Of a DNA stretch of 64,000 bases, positions 9,305-21,608 are shown piece by piece. A program made the translations under genes and the position numbers. Below the pieces are notes generated by a model that was not told the origin of the DNA, searched no databases, and worked only from the letters and a program-made list of their open reading frames with translations. The first letter of the stretch is position 1. Each line of letters opens with the position of its first letter. Source of the DNA: Candidatus Bathyarchaeota archaeon (GTDB lineage Archaea; Thermoproteota; Bathyarchaeia; Bathyarchaeales; Bathyarchaeaceae); assembly GCA_963697165.1 (NCBI GenBank), contig CAVOMX010000025.1, forward strand, positions 32,001 to 96,000, written 5' to 3'.

Positions 9305-10219
9305 CTATGGTTTTGTCAAGCTGAGACTCTTCATCAAGTCCCGTTTTCTGTTCCGAACAGTAACCTCAGTTACGTTTGCAGCTTTGGCAAGCTGGGCCTG
9401 GGTCACCTTTGTTTTCAACATTTTTGCTGAAAGGTAAAGTATTGCAGCCGCTAATCCCGAAGGATCCTTTCCGGTGGTAGCGTATTTCCTCTTAGCCTCT
9501 CTTAGCAGGTTGATTGCTAATCCCTCAACATCGCTGGAGACTTTAGCTTTCTCAGCTACCTTTGTTATGTAGTCTGTTGGATCGTCTATGGGCATCCTCA
9601 TATCCAAGTTTCTAACTATCACACTGTAGGATCGGGCAATCTCCTTTCCGCTCCACTGGCTGGCTTCCGCAATCTCTTTCAAAGTCCTAGGAACCTTAGT
9701 GAACCTAACTGCAGCGTATAAGGCTCCAGCCACCATACCTCCAATGCTTCTTCCCCGAACCAATCCTTCGTTCAAAGTTTTCCTGTAGATTATCGCTGCC
9801 ATGTCGTGAACTGAGGAGGGCATATGAAGCACGTCACAGAGGCGTTGGAGTTCACTCATAGCTAGCATTAGATTTCTGCTTTGTGAAGCGTGAACTTTTG
9901 AGCGTGTCTGCCATCTTCTAAGGCGCCACATTTGCTGTTTGACTTTTGGTGAAAGCGGGCGACCAAGAGCGTCCTTTTCCACTCGGATGACAGTGGACAA
10001 ACCTTTATCGTAGTGGGAATAGTCAGTCGGGCTGCCTGCTCGTGCTCTGGAGTCTCTTTCTTGGGGAGTGAATGCTCTCCATTCAGCTTCCTGGCTTTGA
10101 ATGTTCTCTTCGACGACTAAACCGCAACGACTGCAGACATATTCTCCCATCTCTGAATCTAGCACCAGATTGGTGCTCCCACATTCTGGGCATCTAACTG
10201 TTACAATCTGCTTTGTCAC
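9305..10219 (-). CDS. tfb: Transcription initiation factor IIB
   Basis: CPECG...CSRCG Zn ribbon, EWRAF, two cyclin repeats, VTEVTVRNR. Confidence 0.95.
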   Translation of the reverse strand: MTKQIVTVRCPECGSTNLVLDSEMGEYVCSRCGLVVEENIQSQEAEWRAFTPQERDSRARAGSPTDYSHYDKGLSTVIRVEKDALGRPLSPKVKQQMWRLRRWQTRSKVHASQSRNLMLAMSELQRLCDVLHMPSSVHDMAAIIYRKTLNEGLVRGRSIGGMVAGALYAAVRFTKVPRTLKEIAEASQWSGKEIARSYSVIVRNLDMRMPIDDPTDYITKVAEKAKVSSDVEGLAINLLREAKRKYATTGKDPSGLAAAILYLSAKMLKTKVTQAQLAKAANVTEVTVRNRKRDLMKSLSLTKP

Positions 10220-10848
10220 TTTTCATTACCCCTTTTATGTGACTAAATATACTGTAGTGCAAGCAATATTTAAATATGACGTATGTCATATTTCATCTCT
10301 CCGACCTTCTAAACAAAAATAGCCCAACAACACGATTAGAAAACAACAAAATTCAACACTAAGCTCATCTCCTGGTTGCCCATTTAATTCTAGTTTCTGT
10401 GGAATCAGAAAATTCACTCGAAGATCATGGAGACCTAAATCAGTTGAGAATGTTATTCTGGAATTGGAGCATCTACAGTTGAGGGTTATGAGCAGTTTTA
10501 GGATTGGTGCATCCCTACAAAATATAATTCGGTTTTTCTCAATTAATTGAAACCTTGAGTCCAGCAACCAGATGAGACTAATAATTAAAAGCTGATAAGT
10601 AAAATAGTAGGTTCAGCAAGCTCAACAGAGTAAAATCTAAGATTTTCTTAATAAAGGAAAAAAAGTCTGGGGGTTAAAATTTAACACCCTAAACGTTTAC
10701 TCTGGATCGTTGGTTCTTTTAGCTGTTTTTTTGGAAACCGTGGATACCGTTGATTTAGCTGTCTTTTGTGAAAATAAGCATAAGAATAAATTAAATTAGC
10801 ACATAAGTTAATATCAGGAAATAGTAGATTCACTGAATGTTTCTATAG

Positions 10849-11844
10849 TTGGGGAATAAGTTCATGTCACAGGAGAACGAAAGCGCCAGAAAAGAAATTG
10901 AAATACTGAGAATTTTGAGCGAATTCGAGGATCCCGTGGGTTCAACATTACTCAAACGAGAGTTGAGAAAAAGAGGCTTTCTTCTCAGCGAAAGAACTGT
11001 AAGATATCACCTCCAGTTGTTGGAGGCAAAAGGTTTCGTGCTGGGGCATGATCGAAGAGGAAGAACAATAACCCAACATGGTCTTGAAGAATTGAGCAGA
11101 TCTCTTGCTACCCAAAGGCTCGGTTTCACCACAACCCGTTTCATGTCCTTAGCCTATTCGGCAACATATGACCCTGTCTTAGACTCGGGAACAGTTGTCG
11201 GAAATGTATCAATACTTGACAATAGCCTTCAGCATAAAACGATGGATACAATGAAGGCGCTCCAGAGCATGAATCTCTTGTCAGCACCATATATCAAGAT
11301 ACTAAACGAGAAAGAAGAATACTGCGACATTTCTGTTCCTAAGGATAAATTTGCTCTTTTCACAGTCTGCAACTTGACTTTAGACAGCATCCTAATCCAC
11401 TCTGGAATTCCTCTGTTTTTCAAGTATGGCGGTCTTGTTCAAGTAGTAAACCGCAAGCCCATCAGGTTTGTGGAAATAATCTCCTATGAAGGAACAACCA
11501 TACCTCCACTGGAAGTCTTTGTCTACAGGAAAATGACTTCTATCTCAAGAATACTGAAAACAGGTTCAGGCATGATATTGGCGACGTTGAGGGAAATACC
11601 TTCTGAAGCAAGAGATAGAACAGTGAAGATTCTTGAGAGCCAACAGAAAAAGGGTTGGGGAGGAGTATTGGTTGTAGGAGAACCCAACGAGCCAGTTCTT
11701 GGAGTACCAGTGGGCATGGACAGATTCGGCATATGCATGGTTGGCGGCATCGTCCCAGGAGCCGCCATGGTAGAGGAAGGAGAACAAATTGTCACTTTCG
11801 CTCGGCACTGCTTCATTCCAATCGAAGAGATGACCCGAATCTAA
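10849..11844 (+). CDS. NrpR-family regulator (wHTH + DUF128/NRD domain)
   Basis: EILRIL...GS...ERTVRYHL wHTH; ISYEGTTIPPLEVF, GSG.ILA..RE.P. Confidence 0.85.
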   Translation: MGNKFMSQENESARKEIEILRILSEFEDPVGSTLLKRELRKRGFLLSERTVRYHLQLLEAKGFVLGHDRRGRTITQHGLEELSRSLATQRLGFTTTRFMSLAYSATYDPVLDSGTVVGNVSILDNSLQHKTMDTMKALQSMNLLSAPYIKILNEKEEYCDISVPKDKFALFTVCNLTLDSILIHSGIPLFFKYGGLVQVVNRKPIRFVEIISYEGTTIPPLEVFVYRKMTSISRILKTGSGMILATLREIPSEARDRTVKILESQQKKGWGGVLVVGEPNEPVLGVPVGMDRFGICMVGGIVPGAAMVEEGEQIVTFARHCFIPIEEMTRI

Positions 11845-11956
11845 ACAACAAACAATTCTTTAAGTCAGAATACGGTAAGCATCGTTTTTGGGTTGCTCCA
11901 AAGAAGACTTTAAAAGATGCACATCTTCAGTAAAGGACATGATGAAGGGGTAGCAC

Positions 11957-13501
11957 ATGAAACATGACGCGATTTTGGTGTTAGACTTCGGTGGACAATA
12001 CTGTAATCTTATAGCCAGAAGAATAAGAGAACACAAAGTATACTCCGAAATAGTGCCTTGCGACATAGCTCCTGAAGAAATCGAAGAACTAAACAAGACC
12101 ATGAATATTAAGGGGTTAATCCTGTCTGGAGGTCCATGGAGCGTTTACGAAAAGGATGCTCCAAAATTTGATTCACAAATACTAAAGATGGGCATTCCAA
12201 TACTTGGGTTGTGTTATGGACATCAGATGATAGCTTATTTTTCCAACGGAAAAGTGAAGCCCGGCACAAAGAAGGAATATGGAATAGCATACGTCACCGT
12301 CGATAAGCCTGTGGGCGTCCTCAAAGAACTTGACCAAAAAGAGAAAGTTTGGATGAGCCATGGGGACACAGTTTACGAGCTTCCTGAAGACTACGAGATG
12401 CTGGCTTATACAGAAAGCTGTCCAATCGCGGCTTTTCGACACGAAACGAAGCAGATATACGGGCTTCAGTGGCACCCAGAGGTGGTTCACACCGAAAACG
12501 GTATGAAAATGCTCAGAAACTTCATCTTTGAGGTTTGCAGGTGTGAAGCAAACTGGAGACCCGAGTCGCTAATCGATAAGGCAGTTCAAGAAATAAGAGA
12601 GACCGTCGGTGAAGGAACTGCCATAATCGGCTTGAGTGGAGGCATAGACTCTAGTGTCGCCACATTTATGGCGGCTAAAGCTATTGGAGAACGGCTTTTG
12701 GCGATTTATGTTGACCACGGTTTCATGCGTTTAGGTGAAACAGAATACGTTGAAAGCACTTTCAAGAAACTTGGGATCAACATTGTTGCAATTCATGCTC
12801 AGGAACGTTTTCTAAAGAGGCTTGAGGGAGTAATTGATCCTGAGAAGAAACGAAAAATTATTGGAGAAGAATTCATCAGGGTCTTTGAGGAAGCAGCGAA
12901 GAAGATTGCGGCAGATTATTTTATACAGGGAACAATTTACCCAGATAGAATCGAGTCTGGTTTCAGGAAGCATTCGGACACGATAAAGACCCACCATAAC
13001 GTGGGAGGCTTACCCGAAGACATAGAGTTCAAGGCTATCATTGAGCCCCTGTGTGACCTATACAAAGATGAGGTTAGAGAAGTTGCAAAAATTATGGGCT
13101 TGCCAGACGAACTGGTTCATAGGCAGCCGTTTCCGGGTCCTGGTTTGGCTGTGAGAATCATCGGTGAATTGACAAAAGAAAAGACAGAGATTGTAAGGAA
13201 AGCGGACAAAATTGTTACAGACGAAATCGGAAAAGTTGGGCTTGGAGACTGTTTGTGGCAATATTTTGCGGTTTTAACGAATACGAAGAGTACGGGAGTG
13301 AAGGGTGATTCTAGAGCTTACGGTTTTACTGTTGCTGTTAGGATTGTTGAAAGCAAGGAAGCTATGACTGCGGGTTTTGCAAGGATTCCCTATGATGTGT
13401 TGGAGAGAATATCAACGAGGATAACTAACGAGTTGCCTCAGGTAACGCGGGTTGTGTATGACATAACGCATAAGCCGCCAGCAACAATAGAATGGGAATA
13501 A
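11957..13501 (+). CDS. guaA: GMP synthase (fused GATase + ATP pyrophosphatase)
   Basis: DFGGQY, GLCYGHQ, QWHPE, SGGIDS, KTHHNVGG, PFPGPGL, KPPATIEWE. Confidence 0.97.
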   Translation: MKHDAILVLDFGGQYCNLIARRIREHKVYSEIVPCDIAPEEIEELNKTMNIKGLILSGGPWSVYEKDAPKFDSQILKMGIPILGLCYGHQMIAYFSNGKVKPGTKKEYGIAYVTVDKPVGVLKELDQKEKVWMSHGDTVYELPEDYEMLAYTESCPIAAFRHETKQIYGLQWHPEVVHTENGMKMLRNFIFEVCRCEANWRPESLIDKAVQEIRETVGEGTAIIGLSGGIDSSVATFMAAKAIGERLLAIYVDHGFMRLGETEYVESTFKKLGINIVAIHAQERFLKRLEGVIDPEKKRKIIGEEFIRVFEEAAKKIAADYFIQGTIYPDRIESGFRKHSDTIKTHHNVGGLPEDIEFKAIIEPLCDLYKDEVREVAKIMGLPDELVHRQPFPGPGLAVRIIGELTKEKTEIVRKADKIVTDEIGKVGLGDCLWQYFAVLTNTKSTGVKGDSRAYGFTVAVRIVESKEAMTAGFARIPYDVLERISTRITNELPQVTRVVYDITHKPPATIEWE

Positions 13502-13598
13502 ACGAACAATCTTAAGCAATCTCAAAGGTTTCAGAAATCTTTGGTGTTGCGAAAGTTATTATTGAAAAACGGCAAAGATGTAAATGGGGTAGATTTGC

Positions 13599-14081
13599 AT
13601 GGAACTTGAGACAGTTAAAGTTGAGATGCCCGAGAACTGCAACGTAATCTTGGGCACGGCTCATTTCATCAAAACCGTTGAAGATATTTACGAAGCGTTA
13701 GTCAACGCTGTTCCGGGAATCAAATTTGGGATAGGATTCTGCGAAGCCTCTGGACCATGTTTAGTCAGATCAGAGGGAAATGACAAAGAACTAAAAAACT
13801 TAGCAGCAACTCATGCTTTGAAGTTGGGATGTGGTCACTCGTTTATTGTCTTTCTAAAAAACGCTTACCCCATCAATGTCCTATACAAAATCAAGCAGGT
13901 GCATGAAGTCTGCACTATCCACGCTGCAACGGCTAACCCATTAGAGGTGATAGTTGCTGAGACCGAGCAAGGCAGAGGAATATTGGGTGTCGTTGACGGC
14001 TTCAAAATCAAGGGAATTGAAACCGAAAAAGATGTTAAAGAGAGAAAGGAGTTTCTCAGAAGAATCGGCTACAAACTATAA
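13599..14081 (+). CDS. Adenosine-specific kinase family (DUF355)
   Basis: [33 protein letters not shown]. Confidence 0.88.
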   Translation: MELETVKVEMPENCNVILGTAHFIKTVEDIYEALVNAVPGIKFGIGFCEASGPCLVRSEGNDKELKNLAATHALKLGCGHSFIVFLKNAYPINVLYKIKQVHEVCTIHAATANPLEVIVAETEQGRGILGVVDGFKIKGIETEKDVKERKEFLRRIGYKL

Positions 14082-14504
14082 AATCGACACATTCGACAGT
14101 GTATAATATTTTTCAGTGAAACTTAAATTATCAATTGAAAAGAAATTTTTTGCAGCATTATATTATATTCAATATTATATCAGCTTTTTTTGCAGTGTAT
14201 TTGAACGAAAATTAGACATTAAAAGTGCCGTGGTGTTTAATATTTGTGGATATAGAGTTTTCAATCAATTCATGATACAGTGGCGATATCTACTGATTTG
14301 TGACATTTAAGATCTGATATCTTCCATTTTAATTGCAAGACCGTTAGTAATATAAATTAACATAGAGATTTTTTCTAGATTTTCATTATAACGACAGGAT
14401 CTAATGTTAATTTTTAGGTAGAGAGCTTATTATTTGTCCATATTGTCTAAAAGGTTCCCAGATTACGGGTCAAGTTTTATATTTGAATAACTCGAATTAG
14501 ACTT

Positions 14505-15068
14505 TTGGGGATTTTTAAATTGTCTGATCAAAGGTCTGTTTTTTGGTATGAATTGGTTGGGATGGTTTTTATAATTGTTCTTGGAAGTCTACTTCATTTT
14601 ATTTTTGAATGGTCTGGGAATCAACCAATCGTTGGTGTGTTTTCTGCTGTTAATGAAAGTGTATGGGAGCATCTGAAACTGGGTTTTTGGCCTGCTTTAC
14701 TCTTTACAATTTTTGAATACCGATACTTGAATAAAAAAACCAACAACTTCTTTTTGGCAAAGACAGTTGGAATTTACATGATAATAATTGTGATTCCAAT
14801 AATCTTCTACTCTTATACATTCTTTACCGGAGAAAGTATATTTGTAATAGATATTCTTAGTTTCTTTTTTGCTGTAGTAATTGGACAACTGGTTAGCTAT
14901 AAACTCTTGACTTTCAAAAAATTATCGAAGAATCTAAACATGATATGTATTGGCGCTCTCGTAATATTAGGACTTGCGTTTGTGATTTTCACCTTTTATC
15001 CACCTCAGATCCAAATCTTCCAAGATCCAATAACCGGAGAGTACGGAATAATAAATCACTCACATTAA
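14505..15068 (+). CDS. Membrane protein (DUF6512-like)
   Basis: LHFxFEWS...NESVWEHLKL...F.DP.TG.YGI; about 5 TM segments. Confidence 0.75.
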   Translation: MGIFKLSDQRSVFWYELVGMVFIIVLGSLLHFIFEWSGNQPIVGVFSAVNESVWEHLKLGFWPALLFTIFEYRYLNKKTNNFFLAKTVGIYMIIIVIPIIFYSYTFFTGESIFVIDILSFFFAVVIGQLVSYKLLTFKKLSKNLNMICIGALVILGLAFVIFTFYPPQIQIFQDPITGEYGIINHSH

Positions 15069-15082
15069 TTTCTTGAAAAACA

Positions 15083-15415
15083 CTATTCTATTGATTGAGA
15101 ATATCTGCTTTTACATTTTGAACAGCGATTAACAAGCTCGTTAACATTCTTTTCTCTATCTATTGCCCCAAGCTCTTCTACAAATTTCCATTTCTCATTA
15201 ACTTTGGAGCAGTGATTATAGCCTCTTCGTTTCATCTCTTCAACAAGATCCGCATGACGGGAATACAAATTATGTACTTCAAGCAAACCTTTCTGTAAAT
15301 ATCCTTTGACTGATTTATTACGATTAATTGTCCCTATAAACATGTGAATTTCCACATGCTCGCCAAGAAGATGTTGCCTACACATAATTCTTGGATTTAC
15401 CATCCACATTCTCAT
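15083..15415 (-). CDS. Pyrimidine-dimer DNA glycosylase / T4 endonuclease V-like protein
   Basis: MRMWMV..CRQHLLGEHVEIH...RH..LVEEMKRRGYNH pattern. Start moved to the MRMW ATG. Confidence 0.8.
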   Translation of the reverse strand: MRMWMVNPRIMCRQHLLGEHVEIHMFIGTINRNKSVKGYLQKGLLEVHNLYSRHADLVEEMKRRGYNHCSKVNEKWKFVEELGAIDREKNVNELVNRCSKCKSRYSQSIE

Positions 15416-15586
15416 ACCATAATAAATGCGAAAATGGAAGTTTAAGCCTATCCACAACAATCAACTAATCATCATTTATTTTCAAAGTTGGAAATATTTG
15501 GATTCGATGATTAAATTTTAACCTTCTCTCTCTTATTCAAACTCATTCAAACACGCACGTTCCCGCATTCCCTCTCCCCCACACCA

Positions 15587-15628
15587 CTAACTGTCTGACT
15601 GACTGAGAGACTGACGGACAGACAGACT
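15587..15628. repeat. Imperfect period-4 tandem repeat (CTGA/CAGA)
   Basis: CTAA CTGT CTGA CTGA CTGA GAGA CTGA CGGA CAGA CAGA read directly from the sequence. Confidence 0.7.
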
Positions 15629-15686
15629 CCCCCTATATAGAATCATTATAAAAAAGATTATACACAAAACAAATAACCATTAACTT

Positions 15687-16375
15687 ATGCAAAATGTTGA
15701 TGAGTTTATTCAGAAGAATGTTGAAAAATCTTTTCAACCGCAAATGTATGAAATTGCAAACGAGTTATGGGATTTGTTAGTAGTCTTGGATAAAAAAGGC
15801 TACGTTAGGAAGAAATTATATCAGAATGTCGAAGAAAAAAGAGAGACATATATTTCCGTAGGAAAAAATTGCGATAAAATTCTTTCAGCCCTGAACAAAT
15901 TTTGTGACTTGTATCGTGATGAGGATAAAAAGAAAAAAATTTCTTGATTTTATGAGAGAATACGAGTTCACTGACCCCGACCTAAGACATTTATTTCTTG
16001 TTCAACTAATTTTTGATTTATTACTCATCTCAGATATCTTTTAAGAATCTTCTTATTTTTGTATTAAAAAAATTTTCACCAAAAACAACCCTAGGGACGC
16101 TTTTCACAAAACTTGAAAAAATAACAAATGAAACTGGAGCATCTCAGAAGATTGCTAAAAGAATTGATGTTGATTTAAGGAATTCACTAGCTCATTTCAC
16201 ATTCAAAGCTTCAGAAGCAACAATTTATTCATATAACCCTGCCAAGAAAGATAATTACTGGATTCTAAAAGAGACAAAAATACAACCTTCTGATTTGATT
16301 GAGAAAATTCGTAATCAGAGTTTAATACGAGGCATTCTTTTTTCTGTAATAGTCGATTGGTATGGATTGCACTAA
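15687..16375 (+). CDS. Single ~230-aa helical protein with HEPN-like RxxxxH motif, split by two homopolymer indels
   Basis: ORFs 15687-15947 and 16013-16375 are bridged by a third frame (KFLDFMREYEFTDPDLRHLFLVQLIFDLLLISDIF), with shifts at an A-run (~15935) and a T-run (~16040). Contains LRNSLAH. Confidence 0.55.
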
Positions 16376-16434
16376 AAACCAGGTAATTCAAAAGGTGATT
16401 TACAAGTAGCACTTCTTAACATATCTAATTCACT

Positions 16435-16710
16435 TTAAATGTAAGCAATTCTTGGATTCCATTCTTTCCTTTCGTTTCTTAGAAACTAAGCTAACAACAG
16501 AGCTTCTTCACTGATTAGAGTATCGAGGGTTTGTCGTTTTCCATGTTTTATTCTTGGAATCTCAACTTTTTGATTAAAGAGATTTGTTAACCCCTCAGCT
16601 AAACTGTCAGTTTCATATTAGCAGAGATGTATTCTTTTACCCATCTACAAATGCATCATAAAATCTGTCAAAACAACAAAATCCTTCTTAAGCAATTTTC
16701 GACATCTTAT
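16435..16710 (-). pseudogene. Cas1-like C-terminal fragment with three in-frame stops
   Basis: Hand translation IRCRKLLKKDFVVLTDFMMHL*MGKRIHLC*YETDSLAEGLTNLFNQKVEIPRIKHGKRQTLDTLISEEALLLA*FLRNERKEWNPRIAYI*. Resembles, from memory, the tail of stand-alone archaeal Cas1. Confidence 0.6.
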
Positions 16711-16741
16711 TTTGCGCCACTAAAAATAATAACAACAGATT

Positions 16742-17245
16742 TTATTCGATTTTTTCAAATTGTTGTTTTGGCGCCCCACAAATCGGGCACCTTTCTGGTG
16801 CTGAAGCTTCGACGGTGTTTCCACAAACTTTGCAAACATAATAGTCTATGTCAATTACTTCTTTTTCATGCTCTAGTGATTCAATAGCTTTAGAAAAAAG
16901 ACCAGCATGGATCTTCTCAACCTTATTTGCAACATCAAAACTCCAGACGGCCTTCTTATTTCCCTCTTGTTTGGCAACTTCAATGTACTTGGGGTACATT
17001 TCATCAAACTCAAAAGTTTCTCCAGAAACAGCAGTCTTCAAATTCTCAACCGTAGATTTTGTTTTCCCAATTATGTCCAAATGATTCAAAGCATGCACAG
17101 TTTCTGCAAACGCAGCTGCTCTGAAAAGCTTAGCAACTTGTGGCATCCCTTCCTTTTCAGCTTTCTTGGCAAACGCCAAATATGTTCTATTAGCTTGGGA
17201 TTCTCCAGAAAATGCATCTTTCAGATTTTCAGCAGTTTTATTCAT
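16742..17245 (-). CDS. Rubrerythrin
   Basis: AFSGESQA, ETVHA, GETFE, EKIH, CKVCG...CPICG. Start moved to MNKTAENL. Confidence 0.93.
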   Translation of the reverse strand: MNKTAENLKDAFSGESQANRTYLAFAKKAEKEGMPQVAKLFRAAAFAETVHALNHLDIIGKTKSTVENLKTAVSGETFEFDEMYPKYIEVAKQEGNKKAVWSFDVANKVEKIHAGLFSKAIESLEHEKEVIDIDYYVCKVCGNTVEASAPERCPICGAPKQQFEKIE

Positions 17246-17581
17246 CTCAAAACCACACATTACAAATAAAAAATAGAACTTATTTATTAACAATTCTGGA
17301 ACAAACATTCCGCCCATCCACACATAGGCTGTGAGTATGGTTGCGAATATGGATATAACATATTTGGACGAAAAAAGAGGGAAAAAGTGGAATGTTGAAA
17401 ACGTAGCATTATATAAGCTAGATTAAAGTGGACAAATGTTGAGTTGATTCATATAAATATTAATTATGTATAAAGTTCAGATCATTACTAGAGTAAAAGA
17501 ATATGGGAAATTGGTAATATTTATATGTCAAGAAAAACAAGGAAAGAGTAGGATTTGTTTGAACATTAAATTAAGAGGTGA

Positions 17582-19738
<2,157 letters not shown>

Positions 19739-19982
19739 ACACAGCAAAAACAGCACTAACCCAAACCCCACCCCTTCTTTCTACAGGCTACAAGCAAGCA
19801 AACTAGACGCTGACAAAGTGGTTGGATGCAAGACTGGAGAGGTTGTTGCTGACGTACAAAGGGAAGATATTCTCCCCCAGTGAACTCCCTTTTGATTGAT
19901 TTTTTTATATCCGTAGCACTGTTTGTGAATAAATATAATTAATACATTAGCAGTTTCAGAAAGTATTGAAGGTGAGACTTGA

Positions 19983-20141
19983 TTGAAGAAATGGGAATGT
20001 ATACAGGTTAACCACCACAGCAGTGTTGGAAAAGTAATCGAGGAATTCCAAAGTAGAGGCTGGAGCCTTCACACATATTCTGCTGCTCAATTACGTGGGT
20101 CAGAGATTAACCACTACTTACTATTCGAAAGAGACCAATAA
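19983..20141 (+). CDS. Small hypothetical protein (DUF4177-like), 52 aa
   Basis: TTG start after AGGTGA; MKKWECIQVNHHSSVGKVIEEFQSRGWSLHTYSAAQLRGSEINHYLLFERDQ. Below the ORF-track cutoff. Confidence 0.7.
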   Translation: MKKWECIQVNHHSSVGKVIEEFQSRGWSLHTYSAAQLRGSEINHYLLFERDQ

Positions 20142-20250
20142 ATAATATTTTTACCAAAAGTGTGACAGCGACACCCGCTACCCGTGCAGTCCCCTTACAT
20201 AATCTATTATAGATAAGGCTGTAAAACAGTTTGATGGTTTGGTGTAGGAC

Positions 20251-21534
20251 TTGAGTGTTGTTGCTGATCTTCACATTCACAGCAAATATAGTCGTGCTAC
20301 AAGCCAGAACATGGACATAACAGAGATTACCCGTTATGCAAAAATAAAAGGACTAAAACTTGTGGGCACAGGAGACTTCACCCACCCAAGATGGTTTAAC
20401 GAATTATCTGAAGAACTAACAGAAGTTGCGGGCTCCAGTCTTTATTGCTCTAAGAAGCATCCAGAATCGCCTATTCGTTACATGATAACCGCCGAAGTAT
20501 GTACCATCTTTAAAGTTGAGGAAAAATCCAAAAAAATACACCACATCATCTTTACCCCTAGCCTCGAAACAGCCACACAAATAAATGACAGACTGAAACG
20601 CTACGGTGACCTTGGCGTGGATGGTAGACCATTCTTGGATATGACTGCGTCGCAGCTTGTGGAGGAGGTGATAGGGGTTTCGGATGAGAATGAGGTTGTG
20701 CCTGCTCATGTTTGGACTCCGTGGTTTAGTCTTTTTGGCGCGTTTAGCGGCTTTGATAAGGTAGAAGACTGCTACGAAGATATGACTAAGCACATTCATG
20801 CATTAGAGACCGGACTTTCTTCTGATCCGCCTATGAACTGGAGACTAAGCAACCTAGACAAATTCACTTTAATTTCTAACAGTGATTGCCACAGCCACTG
20901 GCCATGGAGAATCGGAAGAGAAGCAAACGTCTTCGAACTGGAACAGTTCACTTATATGGAAGTGGTTGATGCAATACGCAAAAAAGACCCTAAACGCTTC
21001 AAATACACGATAGAAACCAACCCCGCATACGGCAAATACCATTGGACAGGACACAGAAACTGCAACATCTCACTACCGCCCCAAGAAGCCATAAAATATG
21101 GAAACCGTTGCCCAAAATGCGGCAGAAAGCTCACCAGAGGAGTAGAACAGCGAATCGAAGAATTAGCAGACCGCCCCGCCGACTACACACCCGAAAACGG
21201 GATAGGCTACAAACGGCTACTGCCACTCTCCGAAATCATAACTGCAGTTCTGGGAGTCAGCTATCAAGGCGCCAAAAAAGTTTGGAACATCTACAACCCA
21301 CTAATAGAAAAGTTTGGTGACGAATACACGGTGCTCATTGATGCACCCCAAAAAGAAATGGCTCAAATCGTTGACACAAAAATTGCAGAAGCCATCATTC
21401 GGGTCAGAGAAGAAAAAGCCAAAGTAATACCCGGATACGACGGCGTGTATGGACAACTTGCAATCTTTGATGAAGAACAAGAAAATATGGCTCCGCAGAA
21501 GCCACAACAAAAAAGCATGTCCGACTTTATATAA
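20251..21534 (+). CDS. Endonuclease Q family protein (PHP + Zn ribbon)
   Basis: ADLHIHSKYSRATS, GTGDFTHP, PAHVWTPW, ETGLSSD, NSDCHS, GKYH, CPKCG, PGYDGVYG. Confidence 0.92.
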   Translation: MSVVADLHIHSKYSRATSQNMDITEITRYAKIKGLKLVGTGDFTHPRWFNELSEELTEVAGSSLYCSKKHPESPIRYMITAEVCTIFKVEEKSKKIHHIIFTPSLETATQINDRLKRYGDLGVDGRPFLDMTASQLVEEVIGVSDENEVVPAHVWTPWFSLFGAFSGFDKVEDCYEDMTKHIHALETGLSSDPPMNWRLSNLDKFTLISNSDCHSHWPWRIGREANVFELEQFTYMEVVDAIRKKDPKRFKYTIETNPAYGKYHWTGHRNCNISLPPQEAIKYGNRCPKCGRKLTRGVEQRIEELADRPADYTPENGIGYKRLLPLSEIITAVLGVSYQGAKKVWNIYNPLIEKFGDEYTVLIDAPQKEMAQIVDTKIAEAIIRVREEKAKVIPGYDGVYGQLAIFDEEQENMAPQKPQQKSMSDFI

Positions 21535-21608
21535 AAGGCTAGTTTGCTAACAGTTTTAAGACTCGACATAAATCTTAATCGACATACAAAGATGTGGAAT
21601 GATGCGTT

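Noticed and set aside
10670..10770. Palindrome GTTAAA-A-TTTAAC and short imperfect repeats upstream of the NrpR-like gene as an operator
   Set aside because: Does not match the GGAA-N6-TTCC NrpR box and is short enough to arise by chance in AT-rich DNA.
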